In this document: one piece after another, positions 39,823 to 51,301 of the stretch
Numbering within the stretch: position 1 is the stretch's first letter
Layout: each line of letters begins with the position of its first letter
NCBI GenBank assembly: GCA_965205015.1
Contig: OZ242029.1
Span: 3,712,001 to 3,776,000, forward strand
DNA: 64,000 nucleotides
Direction of reading: 5' to 3'
Source of the DNA: Candidatus Poribacteria bacterium
GTDB lineage: Bacteria; Poribacteria; WGA-4E; WGA-3G
Position numbers and translations under genes: made by a program
Notes under the pieces: generated by a model
What the model was told of the DNA's origin: nothing
Databases searched by the model: none
Seen by the model: only the letters and a program-made list of their open reading frames with translations

Positions 39823-39895
39823 TGGGGCGTACTGGATTTGAACCAGTGACTTCTACCGTGTGAAGGTAGCGCTCGTACCCCTGAGCTAACGCCCC
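39823..39895 (-). tRNA. tRNA-Val(CAC)
   Basis: Cloverleaf GGGGCGTTAGCTCAG...CTACC TTCACAC GGTAG...GGTTCAAATCC...ACGCCCCA; CCA not encoded. Confidence 0.9.
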
Positions 39896-39906
39896 GCGTA
39901 GGGATA

Positions 39907-39979
39907 TGGGCCCACTAGGACTCGAACCTAGGACCAGCCGGTTATGAGCCGGCGGCTCTGACCACTGAGCTATGGGCCC
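39907..39979 (-). tRNA. tRNA with CAT anticodon, probably Ile2 (lysidine)
   Basis: GGGCCCATAGCTCAGTGG...CCGG CTCATAA CCGG...GGTTCGAGTCC; paired G1-C72 and no GGG/CCC anticodon stem, so not the initiator; lies downstream of rpoD. Confidence 0.85.
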
Positions 39980-40124
39980 CTTTTAGAACGATTTCAGTGT
40001 AAGAATTATATCATATTTCGCAAAAAATATCAAATTTTAATAGTTATCAGCCGTCAGCAATCAGGCGTCGAGAATCGGAGTGTTTTTGCTTGGGTATTTC
40101 CCCCTCCTACAGCAAAATTAGCCG

Positions 40125-41666
40125 TTAATTAACAAAATCTCGGAGTTTTCGGCTTCGCCTGGGGTGTCTTAACTTCCGAAGTGCTTTCGCTTCAATTTGC
40201 CGGATACGTTCCCGTGTTACTTCAAAGATATTGCCGACCTCTTCAAGCGTCCGTGGATATCCATCTTCAATCCCAAAACGGAGGGAAATTACCTTTCTTT
40301 CGCGTTCATTGAGTTCGGAAAGGACTTCCTGAATCTGCTCTTTGAGTATATTCAATTCGGCTTCTTGGACAGGGGACGGGGAATCAACATCCATAATGAA
40401 AGCCCCGAGAGGGTTCTCATCCTCTTCACCGATGGGGGTGTCTAAAGAGGCGGTTTCTGGTGCGACTGCCAAAGCTTCATTGACCTTATTGGTGGAAATC
40501 CTGAGATCAGCGGCGATCTGTTCAGCTGAAGGTTCAGTGCCTAATTCCTGTAAAAGTGAGCGTTGCACCCGCCTGATTTTGTTGATCCGTTCGTGCATGT
40601 GGACGGGAATGCGGATTGTGCGTCCTTGGTCGGCGATAGCACGTGTAATCCCTTGACGAATCCACCATGTGGCGTACGTGCTAAATTTATATCCGCGCTG
40701 ATAATCGAATTTGTCCACTGCCCGCATCAAGCCGATGTTCCCCTCTTGGATTAAATCGAGAAATTCGAGTCCCGATGCCCGGTGTCTATGTTTCTTGGCA
40801 ATGTTGATAACCAGTCGGAGGTTGGCTTCAACCATCGCCATTTTTGCGCCTTGTGCCTCGGATTCACCCTTGTCAATCTGCTGTGTGAGTGCCTTGAGTT
40901 GTTCCCTCGGGACTCCAATTTCGGTCATGTGCTGCCGGATATTACGTTGTAACCGAACGATGTTTACGTAGGCGGCTTTTACGGCATCGTTTTTAAACTG
41001 ACGATCCGTCCCGTTACTTCCGTTGAGCCATTCGTTCGGGATATCATGTGTCTGCTGAAGGTGCTGGATTTCATTTTCCCAAGTGCTGATCTGAGACTCG
41101 GCTTGCTTGACGAGATCAGAAATTTTGCTAATTTCCTCTCGATCAATCTTAAGTTCCTCAAGCGTCTTAATGAGATTGGTACGGGTTTTCGATTTCGCAG
41201 CGGTTTCCCCCCCATTTTTAGCAGTAGAAGTCGGGACAGCAGCGAGACGTTCCATCTCGAAGTTTTCAAGTACGACCAACGCTTTCTTGACCTGTTCGCG
41301 TAATTTGCGTTCCTTATTCTGTGTTGAGGAGTTCGAAACAGACTTATCAATAATATCAGAGGCACGCTTTTTAGCCGTGACGATTTTATAGAGAAGTTTC
41401 CGAACTTCAGTAATAGCGAGGGGTGTGCCGAAGGTTGCTTCATGAGCCGTCCGATGTCCTGCCTCAATCTGTTTAGCGAGTTCCACCTCTTGTTCCTTAT
41501 CAAGGAGGTCAAATTTCCCCATCTCGCGCATGTACACCTTCACGGAATCGTCGGTGTAATTTGTGCCAGTTGCAACGATTTCTCCCATTTCATCTTCGTA
41601 TCCGGGTTCATCGTTGCTCTCGGTATCCAGGTAATCAAGGGTAGGATGATCTTTGAAATCCACCAT
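40125..41666 (-). CDS. rpoD: RNA polymerase primary sigma factor
   Basis: [56 protein letters not shown]...[10 protein letters not shown]. Confidence 0.96.
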   Translation of the reverse strand: MVDFKDHPTLDYLDTESNDEPGYEDEMGEIVATGTNYTDDSVKVYMREMGKFDLLDKEQEVELAKQIEAGHRTAHEATFGTPLAITEVRKLLYKIVTAKKRASDIIDKSVSNSSTQNKERKLREQVKKALVVLENFEMERLAAVPTSTAKNGGETAAKSKTRTNLIKTLEELKIDREEISKISDLVKQAESQISTWENEIQHLQQTHDIPNEWLNGSNGTDRQFKNDAVKAAYVNIVRLQRNIRQHMTEIGVPREQLKALTQQIDKGESEAQGAKMAMVEANLRLVINIAKKHRHRASGLEFLDLIQEGNIGLMRAVDKFDYQRGYKFSTYATWWIRQGITRAIADQGRTIRIPVHMHERINKIRRVQRSLLQELGTEPSAEQIAADLRISTNKVNEALAVAPETASLDTPIGEEDENPLGAFIMDVDSPSPVQEAELNILKEQIQEVLSELNERERKVISLRFGIEDGYPRTLEEVGNIFEVTRERIRQIEAKALRKLRHPRRSRKLRDFVN

Positions 41667-43504
41667 CAACTTCCTCCTTCATTTGGGGTTTCCTCGTGAG
41701 TGTCCACGATATCGCGATTATATAAGGCTCGTCTTTGGTTAGAGAGTTTCACCGATTCCTCAAGGATTTCCCTGTCATCTGTTCCCTCAGCACGTGCGTG
41801 CGAGCGAACACGCTGTTCAAGATCTCGCAAGAGGAAATGCCGTAGTTTTTTTAGGCATCCTTCCACCCGGGACTGTAGTAGCTTCGGTGGAAGTGTTCTT
41901 CGTAGAATGACACTTGAAATAAACGCGCTGAGTTTTTCGTCGGGGCATTCATTAATGAGGGTCTGGATATCTACGTTCTTATCGTCCGTACAAGATTCCC
42001 AGAGCAATTGTGCAATTCTACCAAAATGAGGTTCTGTGAAACTCTGATAGTCAAATTGAGATTTGACATAGGCAATTAACGTTGGACTTTGGATTAATGC
42101 TTCAATCAATTGACGTTCGATTTGTGCGCGGGGTGTCAATCGTTGGTTATTTGCCTTGGTTTGTCTCTGCCGACTGGGAGCGAGGGGTTCCTTGAATCCC
42201 ACATCTCGCAATTCCTGCCAAAATGCCGACGCCTCCACATGGAGTTCCCGTGCGGCATATTTGATGTATTCGCTCCGCTCTACCTGATTCTTGAGGTTTA
42301 TGAGCGTCTCAACAACCTCTTTGACAACCTGTGTTTTCACATCAACCCGATGAATGTCTTGCCGTTGGATAGCGGCTTGAATCTGAAATTCGATGAGATT
42401 TATTGCTTTGTCCGTGAGTTCTGTGAACGCGGCGGCTCCGTGTTGTCGCGTAAAGGAATCCGGATCTTCGCCTGTAGGTAACAGGGCAATGCGTACCCGC
42501 AACCCTTCTGTGAGGAGTCGGTGTAGTCCACGTTGTGCGGCTTGGAAACCTGAGACATCTCCGTCGTAGACAATGATAACTTCGGGCGCAAACCGCTTCA
42601 ATAATTTTGCATGATTTTCGCTCAGCGAGGTACCAGAGGACGCGACTACATTTTCAATCCCGGACTGAAAAAGCATCAAAACGTCCATATACCCCTCTAC
42701 AAGAAGGACATGTTGCTTTTTATAGATAGATTGGCGTGCTTTGTCGAGGTTGTAAAGGATATTACTTTTATCATATAGAACTGTCGCGGGAGAATTTAGA
42801 TACTTCGGTTGATGTTCTTCAGAGAGTGAGCGTCCCCCAAAACCAACGGGAATCCCGCGTTCATTGTAAATCGGGAAAAGGACCCTATTCCAAAATCGAT
42901 CCTGTGGACCTCGATCTTCATCCTTAATCAGTCCGGCATCAATAAGTTGCTGTATCGTAAATCCTTTATCTGTTGCGACTTTAATAAGATCGCGTCGCGC
43001 AGACTGTGCGTAGCCCAGCTGGAAGGACCGGAGCGTTTTCAATTGGACGCCTCGATGCTTGAGATACTGCATCGCTGATGCCCCCGCTCTATCAATCAGA
43101 AGTTGGTTGTGGTAGTATTCCACAGCAAACCGGTTGAGGTCTTCCAAAGTTGTGAACCGTTTTCGGCTCGCGCTCCCCTGACCCTCTCGATTCGGAAGGT
43201 CAATATTCAGCCGACTCGCTAACCACTCCAGCGTCTCCATGAAGTTTTTACCTTCATGCTTTTGCACAAAAGAGATGACATTTCCCCCCGTTTGACATCC
43301 AAAACAGTAGAACATCTGCTTTTGCGGTGAGACCGTGAAGGAGGGTGTTTTTTCATCGTGGAACGGGCAGAGTCCCTTGTAATCTCGACCGGCAGGACGC
43401 AGCGCGACACCACATTCGGAGATGACTTCAACAATATCGCTTCGGCTCTGGATCTCATCAATTGTTTCGCGTGGCACAGTGCCTCTTGCCTGCGGGGTGT
43501 TCAT
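41666..43504 (-). CDS. dnaG: DNA primase
   Basis: [15 protein letters not shown] zinc finger, KYLNSP, VEGYMDV, YDGD, GEDPD. Confidence 0.97.
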   Translation of the reverse strand: MNTPQARGTVPRETIDEIQSRSDIVEVISECGVALRPAGRDYKGLCPFHDEKTPSFTVSPQKQMFYCFGCQTGGNVISFVQKHEGKNFMETLEWLASRLNIDLPNREGQGSASRKRFTTLEDLNRFAVEYYHNQLLIDRAGASAMQYLKHRGVQLKTLRSFQLGYAQSARRDLIKVATDKGFTIQQLIDAGLIKDEDRGPQDRFWNRVLFPIYNERGIPVGFGGRSLSEEHQPKYLNSPATVLYDKSNILYNLDKARQSIYKKQHVLLVEGYMDVLMLFQSGIENVVASSGTSLSENHAKLLKRFAPEVIIVYDGDVSGFQAAQRGLHRLLTEGLRVRIALLPTGEDPDSFTRQHGAAAFTELTDKAINLIEFQIQAAIQRQDIHRVDVKTQVVKEVVETLINLKNQVERSEYIKYAARELHVEASAFWQELRDVGFKEPLAPSRQRQTKANNQRLTPRAQIERQLIEALIQSPTLIAYVKSQFDYQSFTEPHFGRIAQLLWESCTDDKNVDIQTLINECPDEKLSAFISSVILRRTLPPKLLQSRVEGCLKKLRHFLLRDLEQRVRSHARAEGTDDREILEESVKLSNQRRALYNRDIVDTHEETPNEGGS

Positions 43505-43516
43505 GGTGAATCTGCC

Positions 43517-45934
43517 TTACTCTTTGAATGTGACGACGGTTACGCCCTCACCGCCTTGGCTGAGTGGGGCGAGCTGGTATTTGGTTACACGGGGATTCTC
43601 ACGCAATTCGTCATGAACGGCTTTTCGCAATGCGCCCGTCCCTTTGCCGTGAAGAATACGAACTGTCGGGAGACCTGCAAGATATGCGTCATCAAGATAC
43701 TTATCGGTCAAGTCTAACGCCTCTTTTACAAGCAACCCTCGAATATTCAGTTCACTACTGATTGTATTAGATTTACTATATTGAATATCAAGTACGGACG
43801 TTGAAAGATTTGATGTTTTTTGTTTTGGGTGTACGGCATCAATTTCGTGGTAGGCGGCTTGCATTTGCATATTCCCAACCAGAATGTGAAGGGGTGTTTT
43901 ACCGCGCGGTTTAATAGCGGTGACTTCTCCAAATCGGTTGAGTTTCTTGACTCTGACTTTATCGCCGACGTTAACTTTGAGTTTCGGTTGGTTAGATTGT
44001 TTTTTAGGGGGTTCCTTTTTCAACGATTTTTTAGCAGCCTCTATCTCTGAAAAAGCGTTTCGAATACTCTCTTTAGAGGCTTGTTGTTTGCGAATATCAG
44101 CGACAAGTTTCTCTACAGTTTTACGGGCGTTGGCGACGATGTCGCGAGCCTCCCGCTCCGCTTGGTGTTTTAAGGTATCCCGTTGGGTTTCAAGGGTTTG
44201 AAGGAGTTGTGTATGTTTCTGGGATGCGTCCTCAGCTTCTTGAATCTTATCGTGCAAGCGTGCGCGTTCTGTTTCTAATTCATCTTGTGTTTCCTGCAAA
44301 CGCACAAGGAGGTCTTCAACAGCCACGTTATTATTCCCTAAATGCGTTTGGGCTTCCTCAAGAATTTCAGAGGGGATTCCGAGTTGTGAGGCAATTTTTA
44401 TGGCATTGCTACTTCCGGGGATACCTATCTGGAGTCGGTAGGTCGGACGCAGTGTCGTCCAGTCAAACTCCATTGAAGCGTTTTCCATACTTTGTTGTGT
44501 ATGGGCGTACGCCTTAAGTGCGCCGTAGTGTGTCGTGACGATGGTATTCACCTGTCTTTCACCGAGCCAATCAAGGAGTGCCATACCGAGGGCTGTCCCT
44601 TCACTGGGATCCGTTCCAGCCCCGATCTCGTCCAACAACACAAGCGAATGTTCGGCGTGCTCGATTTTCCGAAGCATCTCCGCAATCTTGGTGATATGTG
44701 AAGAGAAAGTACTCAGACTCTGTTCTATGCCTTGGTCATCCCCAATGTCGGCAAAGACATGATCGAAGATAGCGACCTGACTCCCGTGTTCCGCTGGAAT
44801 ATGTAATCCGGATTGTGCCATGAGCGTCAATAGCCCGACTGTCTTGAGAACAACGGTTTTGCCCCCGGTATTCGGACCGGTGATAACCAGCGTATTGAAC
44901 GTTTTGCCGATATGAACGTTTGTCGGCACAACATTCGCTGGTAGCTCCGCGCTTGTATCCGAATCCGGATCTGACGGTCGCGCGTTCTGAAGATGGAACT
45001 CCAATAAGGGGTGCCGTGCTTCAATCAATTTGACGACGCCTCGGGTATTCAATTTCGGTTCAACAGCGTTTAACGCGAAACTAAAACGTGCCTTTGCGTT
45101 CAAAAAGTCGAATTCTGCTAACAGGTTGAGGGACAGTTCCAATTCGTGTAAGTTGTCGCGCACGCGATCGGTAAGGTCGAGGAGGATGCGTCGAATTTCA
45201 CGTTGTTCGGCTTCAGCGGTTTCATGGAGTGCGTTGTTCATCTGGACGATTTCCAAAGGCTCTACAAAAAAGGTAGCCCCGCTTGTGGATTGTCCCTGAA
45301 CCACGCCTCGAAAAGATGAACGTGCTTCCTGCTTTATTGGAATGACATACCGATTGTTTCGAGAGGTGATGACCTGCTCCTGAATTGCTTTCTGATGCGC
45401 CGGTGAACGCAGCGTCGCTTCGAGTTTTTGGTGTATATTTTCACGAAGTCGCGACAATTTCCGCCGGAGGGCGCGCAACTCAGGACTTGCGCGATCCAGC
45501 AACATTCCCTCAGCATCGATGCAATGATTGATCGCCTCGACTAACTCTGGGAACACCGGCAGGGCATCAACAATAGCAAAGAGGTTGGGAAACTCCTCTC
45601 GATCGCGTTTCTCAAAGGTACGGTGGATGTCTTCGGGAATTTGTGCGACCTTTCGGACATCAAGGAGTTCCTCAGCGTCTAAGAGTGCGCCGACCTTTGC
45701 AGCGTGGGTTAGCGATTTGCGGATATCCTTTAAACCGTTGAGTGGTATTCCACCGTGAACTTGATGAAAGAATTTCGTCTCACTGCACAACGTGAGTAGA
45801 TAGCGAATTTTATCGACATCAGAAGATGGCGCGAAGGTGTCAACACGCGCTGTTCCGAGTTGAGAAGCGGTGTATTTTTTCAGGAGTGCACGGATTTTGT
45901 CGTATTCTAATACTTTTTCAACATTGGATAGCAC
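43517..45934 (-). CDS. mutS2: Endonuclease MutS2
   Basis: ITGPNTGGKT, DIGDDQGIEQSLSTFSSH, LLDEIGAGTDP, C-terminal Smr domain HGKGTG. Confidence 0.96.
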   Translation of the reverse strand: MLSNVEKVLEYDKIRALLKKYTASQLGTARVDTFAPSSDVDKIRYLLTLCSETKFFHQVHGGIPLNGLKDIRKSLTHAAKVGALLDAEELLDVRKVAQIPEDIHRTFEKRDREEFPNLFAIVDALPVFPELVEAINHCIDAEGMLLDRASPELRALRRKLSRLRENIHQKLEATLRSPAHQKAIQEQVITSRNNRYVIPIKQEARSSFRGVVQGQSTSGATFFVEPLEIVQMNNALHETAEAEQREIRRILLDLTDRVRDNLHELELSLNLLAEFDFLNAKARFSFALNAVEPKLNTRGVVKLIEARHPLLEFHLQNARPSDPDSDTSAELPANVVPTNVHIGKTFNTLVITGPNTGGKTVVLKTVGLLTLMAQSGLHIPAEHGSQVAIFDHVFADIGDDQGIEQSLSTFSSHITKIAEMLRKIEHAEHSLVLLDEIGAGTDPSEGTALGMALLDWLGERQVNTIVTTHYGALKAYAHTQQSMENASMEFDWTTLRPTYRLQIGIPGSSNAIKIASQLGIPSEILEEAQTHLGNNNVAVEDLLVRLQETQDELETERARLHDKIQEAEDASQKHTQLLQTLETQRDTLKHQAEREARDIVANARKTVEKLVADIRKQQASKESIRNAFSEIEAAKKSLKKEPPKKQSNQPKLKVNVGDKVRVKKLNRFGEVTAIKPRGKTPLHILVGNMQMQAAYHEIDAVHPKQKTSNLSTSVLDIQYSKSNTISSELNIRGLLVKEALDLTDKYLDDAYLAGLPTVRILHGKGTGALRKAVHDELRENPRVTKYQLAPLSQGGEGVTVVTFKE

Positions 45935-45989
45935 TTTTTAATTATTCCTTGCGGAACCTTTATGAATGAGGCGAAACCCTCTTAACCGA

Positions 45990-47012
45990 TTAATAGTTCT
46001 TACGCTTAAGGTTGCCCCACGTCGTGACTAACTTCTCTTGCGGTTCGACCGACAATATCTTGATGTCGCGCAACCAAGCAATGACAAAGACGCTACCATC
46101 GACCTCGACTATTACTTCGGTTTCGTCGGTGGCGAATTCATAAAGATAGATGGAGCCCCATCGAGAATAGGCTATATAGTCTCCTTCAGGCGACCAGTCT
46201 GCCCAATACCCGGTGGCTTTGTCGACATCGAACAACGCCTCAATTGTTTTGGTTTCGATGTCAATTGTGCAGAACGTATCGAACTCTCTGTTCCATCTGA
46301 GGAAGAGGATGCGCTGCCCATCGGGTGCCCACACAGGATAAAAATCTTTATGGAGTTCGGTCAAGAGTTCTATCTCTTTGGTTTCAACGTCTAAGAGGTA
46401 GAGGTGTTCCAACCAGCCGGGTCTGGAGAGGGAAAAGGCGATTCGCTTGCTATTTGGCGACCAGGACATTCCCCAAAAGGAGTAGGGCCATCCTTGGTGT
46501 GGCACTTGCGTCATGACTTCCATCTCACCCGTCTCGATATCCAGCACCCATATCTGATTTTCTTGCGGAAGTTGGTTTATTGTCCAACCGTTGAAGGCGA
46601 GTTTTTTGCCGTTCGGAGAAACGGAAAGAAACCGATACGTGCCAGCCGATGGGGTAATGAGTTTCTTATTCTTTGGATTTTCGGGATTAATGGAATAAAC
46701 GTTAGAGTGCCCAGCATCCCGTTGAATGAAATAGAGGAGATCTCCGTTCGGGCCCCACGCCGGATACATCCCTTTATGGTTCAAAGGGATCCCTCTTAAA
46801 TCTTTAGTGCCTTTGATTGGCGTTGTATAGAGATTCCAATCGAAGCGACCGAGATTTTCATCGAATCCGTTGACTGCATACGCGAGGTGTCCTGTCGGTG
46901 CTGCTTCACCTAACGAGGCAAAAGGAAGCAGGGTTAAAAAAAGCACTCCCAAAAGAGCGAATCCGACGGTTTTGGAAGCGAAGTAAGGTGGACGACTATA
47001 TTTATAAAACAT
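45990..47012 (-). CDS. Secreted TolB/PD40-like beta-propeller protein
   Basis: Signal peptide, WSP/SPNG repeats, C-terminal VEPQEKLVTTWGNLK. Confidence 0.75.
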   Translation of the reverse strand: MFYKYSRPPYFASKTVGFALLGVLFLTLLPFASLGEAAPTGHLAYAVNGFDENLGRFDWNLYTTPIKGTKDLRGIPLNHKGMYPAWGPNGDLLYFIQRDAGHSNVYSINPENPKNKKLITPSAGTYRFLSVSPNGKKLAFNGWTINQLPQENQIWVLDIETGEMEVMTQVPHQGWPYSFWGMSWSPNSKRIAFSLSRPGWLEHLYLLDVETKEIELLTELHKDFYPVWAPDGQRILFLRWNREFDTFCTIDIETKTIEALFDVDKATGYWADWSPEGDYIAYSRWGSIYLYEFATDETEVIVEVDGSVFVIAWLRDIKILSVEPQEKLVTTWGNLKRKNY

Positions 47013-47064
47013 CAGTGCTGCTCCCTAATATAAAGTAGAAAAAATGTGTTGGTAAAACCCCAAA

Positions 47065-48168
47065 TTATTGAGCAGATTCAAGGCGTTTGTAATGGAGCAT
47101 CGCGTTCTCATAGAGGCGGCGACTTAACCCCAGTTTTTCAAGATCAACGACCAGATCGTAGCTATAGAGTGCTGAACTTTCTCTGCCTTGGTCGTCGGCA
47201 CGACGGGCGTTTTGAACGTTATTTATGAGTGTGATCGCTTCTTTTTCAAAATTTCCGATCTGCTTTCGGAGTTCCGTGGACAGCCCACCCTGAATGTCTT
47301 TGTTGACTTTATAGGTGCGAATCGCGTCGGCATAGGCAACATAAGCGTCATAGTAATGCTTTTCGTTCTCCAATTTTTCAGCGTTTGAGAGGTCCAACGT
47401 TTCACTGATGGCAGCGATAACAACTTTCGCGTCTTCAATGACTTCAAGGCTTTTCTGGGCAATGCCTGCTTCAAGTGTTGTCCGGAATTCATCAATGATC
47501 TCTTTATATGCGGCACGCGCGCCATCGGTGTCCCCCAACTTTTCATAAACAATTGCCTGATTAAATTTGGCTTCGGCAAGCACGAACTTCCGAATCTCTG
47601 GTGGGAGTTCTGGTGTAGGCGGGTATACTTTTGCCTGATAGGCATCAATGGCTTTTTCGTAGTTGCCTTCCTGTTCGTAGGTGTTGCCTATTGCCTTTTG
47701 GGCGTACAGACTGTATATCTGATTTTCGGGTTGATGGTTTGTAATAATCTGTTCGAATTGTGAACGTGCTTCTGCGTAGTTGCCTTGATAGTAGAGTGAA
47801 CTTGCATATTGATACTGTGCTTTGTCAGCAAATGCGGTATTCGGATATTTCTCAAAGATCTGCTGCAGCTGCGTTTGTGCGGCTGCGAGAGACGCTTCAC
47901 TTTCCGCTAATTTATCTGCATCGAAAAGACTTTCCTCGGCGGTTCGATAGGCTTCAGTGGCTTCCCGCAGCGCGATTGTTGCTTCGGCGCGGCGGTTCTC
48001 CTGATTCTGATAATATGCCGCATAACCTGCGACGGCGATAAGGACTATTCCCACCACAATGACAATAGTTCGCAGATTCTCTTTAAGGAACTGGTAGGTT
48101 TTCAGGAGTCCTTCAATAAATTTATCTTCTTGGATTTCTTCTTTTGTCAATCGTTGGTTTCGTGCCAT
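47065..48168 (-). CDS. Membrane-anchored tetratricopeptide repeat protein (YfgM-like)
   Basis: N-terminal EDKF and TM helix, YP.T..A..A TPR motifs. Confidence 0.75.
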   Translation of the reverse strand: MARNQRLTKEEIQEDKFIEGLLKTYQFLKENLRTIVIVVGIVLIAVAGYAAYYQNQENRRAEATIALREATEAYRTAEESLFDADKLAESEASLAAAQTQLQQIFEKYPNTAFADKAQYQYASSLYYQGNYAEARSQFEQIITNHQPENQIYSLYAQKAIGNTYEQEGNYEKAIDAYQAKVYPPTPELPPEIRKFVLAEAKFNQAIVYEKLGDTDGARAAYKEIIDEFRTTLEAGIAQKSLEVIEDAKVVIAAISETLDLSNAEKLENEKHYYDAYVAYADAIRTYKVNKDIQGGLSTELRKQIGNFEKEAITLINNVQNARRADDQGRESSALYSYDLVVDLEKLGLSRRLYENAMLHYKRLESAQ

Positions 48169-48256
48169 GGATTTCCTCAGTTTTCGGCGATTTTAAGTCA
48201 AATATTCAACAAATAAGCAAAAGAATCCCAGGTTTCCTTTAGGCTTGGGTTTCTGA

Positions 48257-48328
48257 AGCGGGTGACGGGAATTGAACCCGCGACCCTCAGCTTGGGAAGC
48301 TGACGCTCTACCGCTGAGCTACACCCGC
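48257..48328 (-). tRNA. tRNA-Gly(CCC)
   Basis: GCGGGTGTAGCTCAGCGGTAGAGCG TCAGC TTCCCAA GCTGA GGGTCGCGGGTTCAATTCCCGTCACCCGCT. Confidence 0.92.
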
Positions 48329-48500
48329 GTTAATGGTATTATATCACATCTGTTTGGCGTTGTCAATGTTGTCACGTTAAAATGAAAAACGGGCGTTGGC
48401 AGGAGAGAATCACAGTTTGCAAGTTTCGCCAGATACCCGCTTTTCCATAGGTCGAGACACACGGACGGTGCTTACAGTCTCGGTTACGCTGGAGGGTCTA

Positions 48501-48965
48501 TTACAATTTATCCAGCTCGCCCAGAACTTGTTCAGCTGACAGCGTATTGTCCGGCGGTGCGGCTTCAACGTGTTTGAAGGCGACATTTCCAGACGTATCG
48601 ATAATAATGACACCTCGTGTAGTAATACCGACATCTTCGAGTGCCATACCGAACTGTTTAGAAACAGCAAGGTTCATATCTGCAAGGAGCGGGAAATCGA
48701 CACCGCCCAGTACTTCACTCCATGCCTTATGGGCAAACGTTGAATCGCGATTGATTGCGATGACTTCAGCATTTTTCGCTTGAATTGCTGACAAGCTTTC
48801 GTTGAAATCCGGCACCTGTTCAGCACAGACCGGGGAAAAAGCGAGCGGATAGAAAAGCACCACTAAATTTTTGCCTGCGTAGTCGCTCAATGAAACTTCA
48901 ACATCTTCTTGGTTAACTGCACCTGTAAGTGTGAAATCCGGTGCAGCATTTCCTACATCTGCCAT
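48501..48965 (-). CDS. Peroxiredoxin (AhpC/TSA, AhpE-like)
   Basis: APDFTL, FYPLAFSPVC, FPLLAD. Confidence 0.88.
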   Translation of the reverse strand: MADVGNAAPDFTLTGAVNQEDVEVSLSDYAGKNLVVLFYPLAFSPVCAEQVPDFNESLSAIQAKNAEVIAINRDSTFAHKAWSEVLGGVDFPLLADMNLAVSKQFGMALEDVGITTRGVIIIDTSGNVAFKHVEAAPPDNTLSAEQVLGELDKL

Positions 48966-49315
48966 GAAATTCCTCCTATGTGCGTTTGAAAAACGCATTG
49001 AGATAATGAGGGTGTTCTTTAAAAAATGTTACACCAGTGTAACATTGGGGTTGTATAGGTTATCGGCACAAAACCCAATAACTGTAAGGGTTTATAGACA
49101 TTTCGGGTCGGATCTTCCACGGTAAAAAAAAATAAAAAATCAAAAAGTGTAACGTTTTGTGAACGGTTAAATTTTTATTTCGTTTCGGTAGGTGTAAGTA
49201 ATATGCGGGCAGGCACAAGACCTGGGGAAACACCCAAGCAAAAACCCCCTACAATGTCTTTTTTGCCAGCAGTGCGGAATACGTAGTTCTCATGGACACA
49301 TTGCGTGTGTCCTAT

Positions 49316-49990
49316 TTATTTTCTTTTTAGCGCTGCCCATGATGTTGCGAGTTTTCCTCTGGGTTCAATTGCCGTAAGGGAGGCAGTCTTAGAACCGTCT
49401 ACGGTGACATCATCAAAACTGGCTTGTGTGTCCCACGTCCAGACGCCGACTTGCCCAACGGGATACGCATCATCAAAAAAGACGCCCTGTTCTATATCGT
49501 TAATAGCAACTGCGATGCGACTGCCTTCAACGACGACGCGGAGTGTGAACCACTCGTTGCGTGTAATCGTAAGTCCGATGGGTTCAATGTCGTGTTCGAT
49601 TTCATCGCGTGCTTCAAATCCGTCTTTAAAGGCGGTGCTGCGCTTGTGTCGCCACAACTCAGACTTGTTTTCTTTCGGGCAGATGAGGTACACATAGTAC
49701 TCAAATTCGTTTTGCGCTCGGAAGACGATGCCGCCCCAGTGTCCGTCATCAACACGGACCTTTGCTTGGAGTGTGTGGTCTACCCATGCTGCCCCGTCAA
49801 CCAATGCCTTCTGTGCTTCGCCCCAGCGCATTGTTTGTTTATAGACCCCTTCCTCGACTGACCAGCTGCCGTTCGCGGGTGTCCAATCGGAGGCATCGTT
49901 ATCAAATGTCCAAGTTTGCTCTTCAGCGGTCGCGAGAGGAACGGCATAGAGACTGATGCACATCAGAAGTAATGTGAGTCGACTTTTCAT
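49316..49990 (-). CDS. Secreted DUF1080/concanavalin-like domain protein
   Basis: Signal peptide, GIVFR, WFTLRVVVEG, GQVG...ASFDDV; C-terminal IEPRGKLATSWAALK. Confidence 0.7.
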   Translation of the reverse strand: MKSRLTLLLMCISLYAVPLATAEEQTWTFDNDASDWTPANGSWSVEEGVYKQTMRWGEAQKALVDGAAWVDHTLQAKVRVDDGHWGGIVFRAQNEFEYYVYLICPKENKSELWRHKRSTAFKDGFEARDEIEHDIEPIGLTITRNEWFTLRVVVEGSRIAVAINDIEQGVFFDDAYPVGQVGVWTWDTQASFDDVTVDGSKTASLTAIEPRGKLATSWAALKRK

Positions 49991-50073
49991 AACGTCCGTC
50001 ACGGTCAGAGACCACCGGTAACTTAATCTAAAATAGGGCGAAGCCACTTGGGTTTCGCCCTATCATCAAGCCC

Positions 50074-50841
50074 CTATTTCCGTTTAAGTTTTGCCCACTG
50101 CGTCGCGAGTTTGTCTTGCGGTCCAACATCGAGACTCTCGGGTTCCATTTCGTTAACTTCGGCTTCCGTCAACGCAACGGAGTAAATGCGGGATTCTGAA
50201 ATGTGTGCGTTGAGGTCTCCGGGGCCCGCGAGTCCGCCTGTATGCCGTTTTCCCCAAATTATTTCAGCATCGCCTGTGGGCCAGGTCTTGATCTCACCCT
50301 TTTCATAACTCCCCAGGCTCTTGCCGTTGCGGTATCCCGTAATCTTGTAAGTTCCACCCTTATCTTCGTAAGTGAAGGCTAAGTAGACCTCTTCACCTTC
50401 TTTCTTCTCGTTGTGGGCTTTTGGAAAGTCCTCAGTGCGATGGAACCAACTGCTTCCAGACATCCATTGATTCGGTTGACGTTCGGCGTAGACAATCGCG
50501 TTAAATTGGTCCTCTGTGACTTTATCTAACGTGAGTGCTGAGCCTTTCGTTGCGGCGAGGCTATCCAGCGCGACCCATGTCATCAATGTCTTCTCTTCGA
50601 TGTCGGGTCCATCGTATTCGAGGGCGTGCGCCCATTTTCCTGTCTCAACAATCAGCTGGCCGTCTTTGAGTTCGGCACCGTGGAGATCTATGTCGTCCCA
50701 GTTCCCGATCTCGTCTTTTTCGCTATCGAATAGCCACCATCCAAGCAATTTATCTGCTTGCGCGTCCTGTGCGAAGACTGCGGGTGTTGAGAGGCTCAAC
50801 ATCAGCAGGACAGCACAGATATAATAGACTTTTCCTCTCAT
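50074..50841 (-). CDS. Secreted LamG-like protein
   Basis: Signal peptide, GWWLFD start, ISESRIYSVALT end; C-terminal VGPQDKLATQWAKLK. Confidence 0.65.
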   Translation of the reverse strand: MRGKVYYICAVLLMLSLSTPAVFAQDAQADKLLGWWLFDSEKDEIGNWDDIDLHGAELKDGQLIVETGKWAHALEYDGPDIEEKTLMTWVALDSLAATKGSALTLDKVTEDQFNAIVYAERQPNQWMSGSSWFHRTEDFPKAHNEKKEGEEVYLAFTYEDKGGTYKITGYRNGKSLGSYEKGEIKTWPTGDAEIIWGKRHTGGLAGPGDLNAHISESRIYSVALTEAEVNEMEPESLDVGPQDKLATQWAKLKRK

Positions 50842-51301
50842 GGTCAATTGCTCCTCTTTGGGTTCGAATTGAGGTTCAGCGCGGATAGATTCCGTCAAGA
50901 ACAGAAAACAGGTTATGCTTCCACCCGCATCGGTAAATTATATACAATTATAACACATCGTTGAGACAAAAGCAAATGCATTTACATCACGGGTCGGGGA
51001 TATTCAGTTTTCAGCAATCAGCGGATAGTTTCGGGATTTGGAGGGTAAAATTGTCTGGATCAGGATTAAAGAATTTTCAGGATTAGAGAACCGTCTTGAT
51101 TGAGGATTGGCTTTTATAGAACAGGACTTACGCACATCGGATAAAAAAGGGATAGATTTCACCGAAAAAGGCGTTCCTTCAGTTGAAATTGTAAAGCGTA
51201 TTAATTGTTTGACACTCTCCGTTAGCGTGTGTTAGACTTTAATGACGCTCTGTTGAAGGTAGAAAAACTATCACCAAGTATAGCCAGAAAGTGTATCTGA
51301 T

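Noticed and set aside
39823-39979. tRNA genes as attachment sites for the CRISPR island
   Set aside because: No duplicated tRNA 3' end or integrase seen, and the island boundary lies about 4 kb away.
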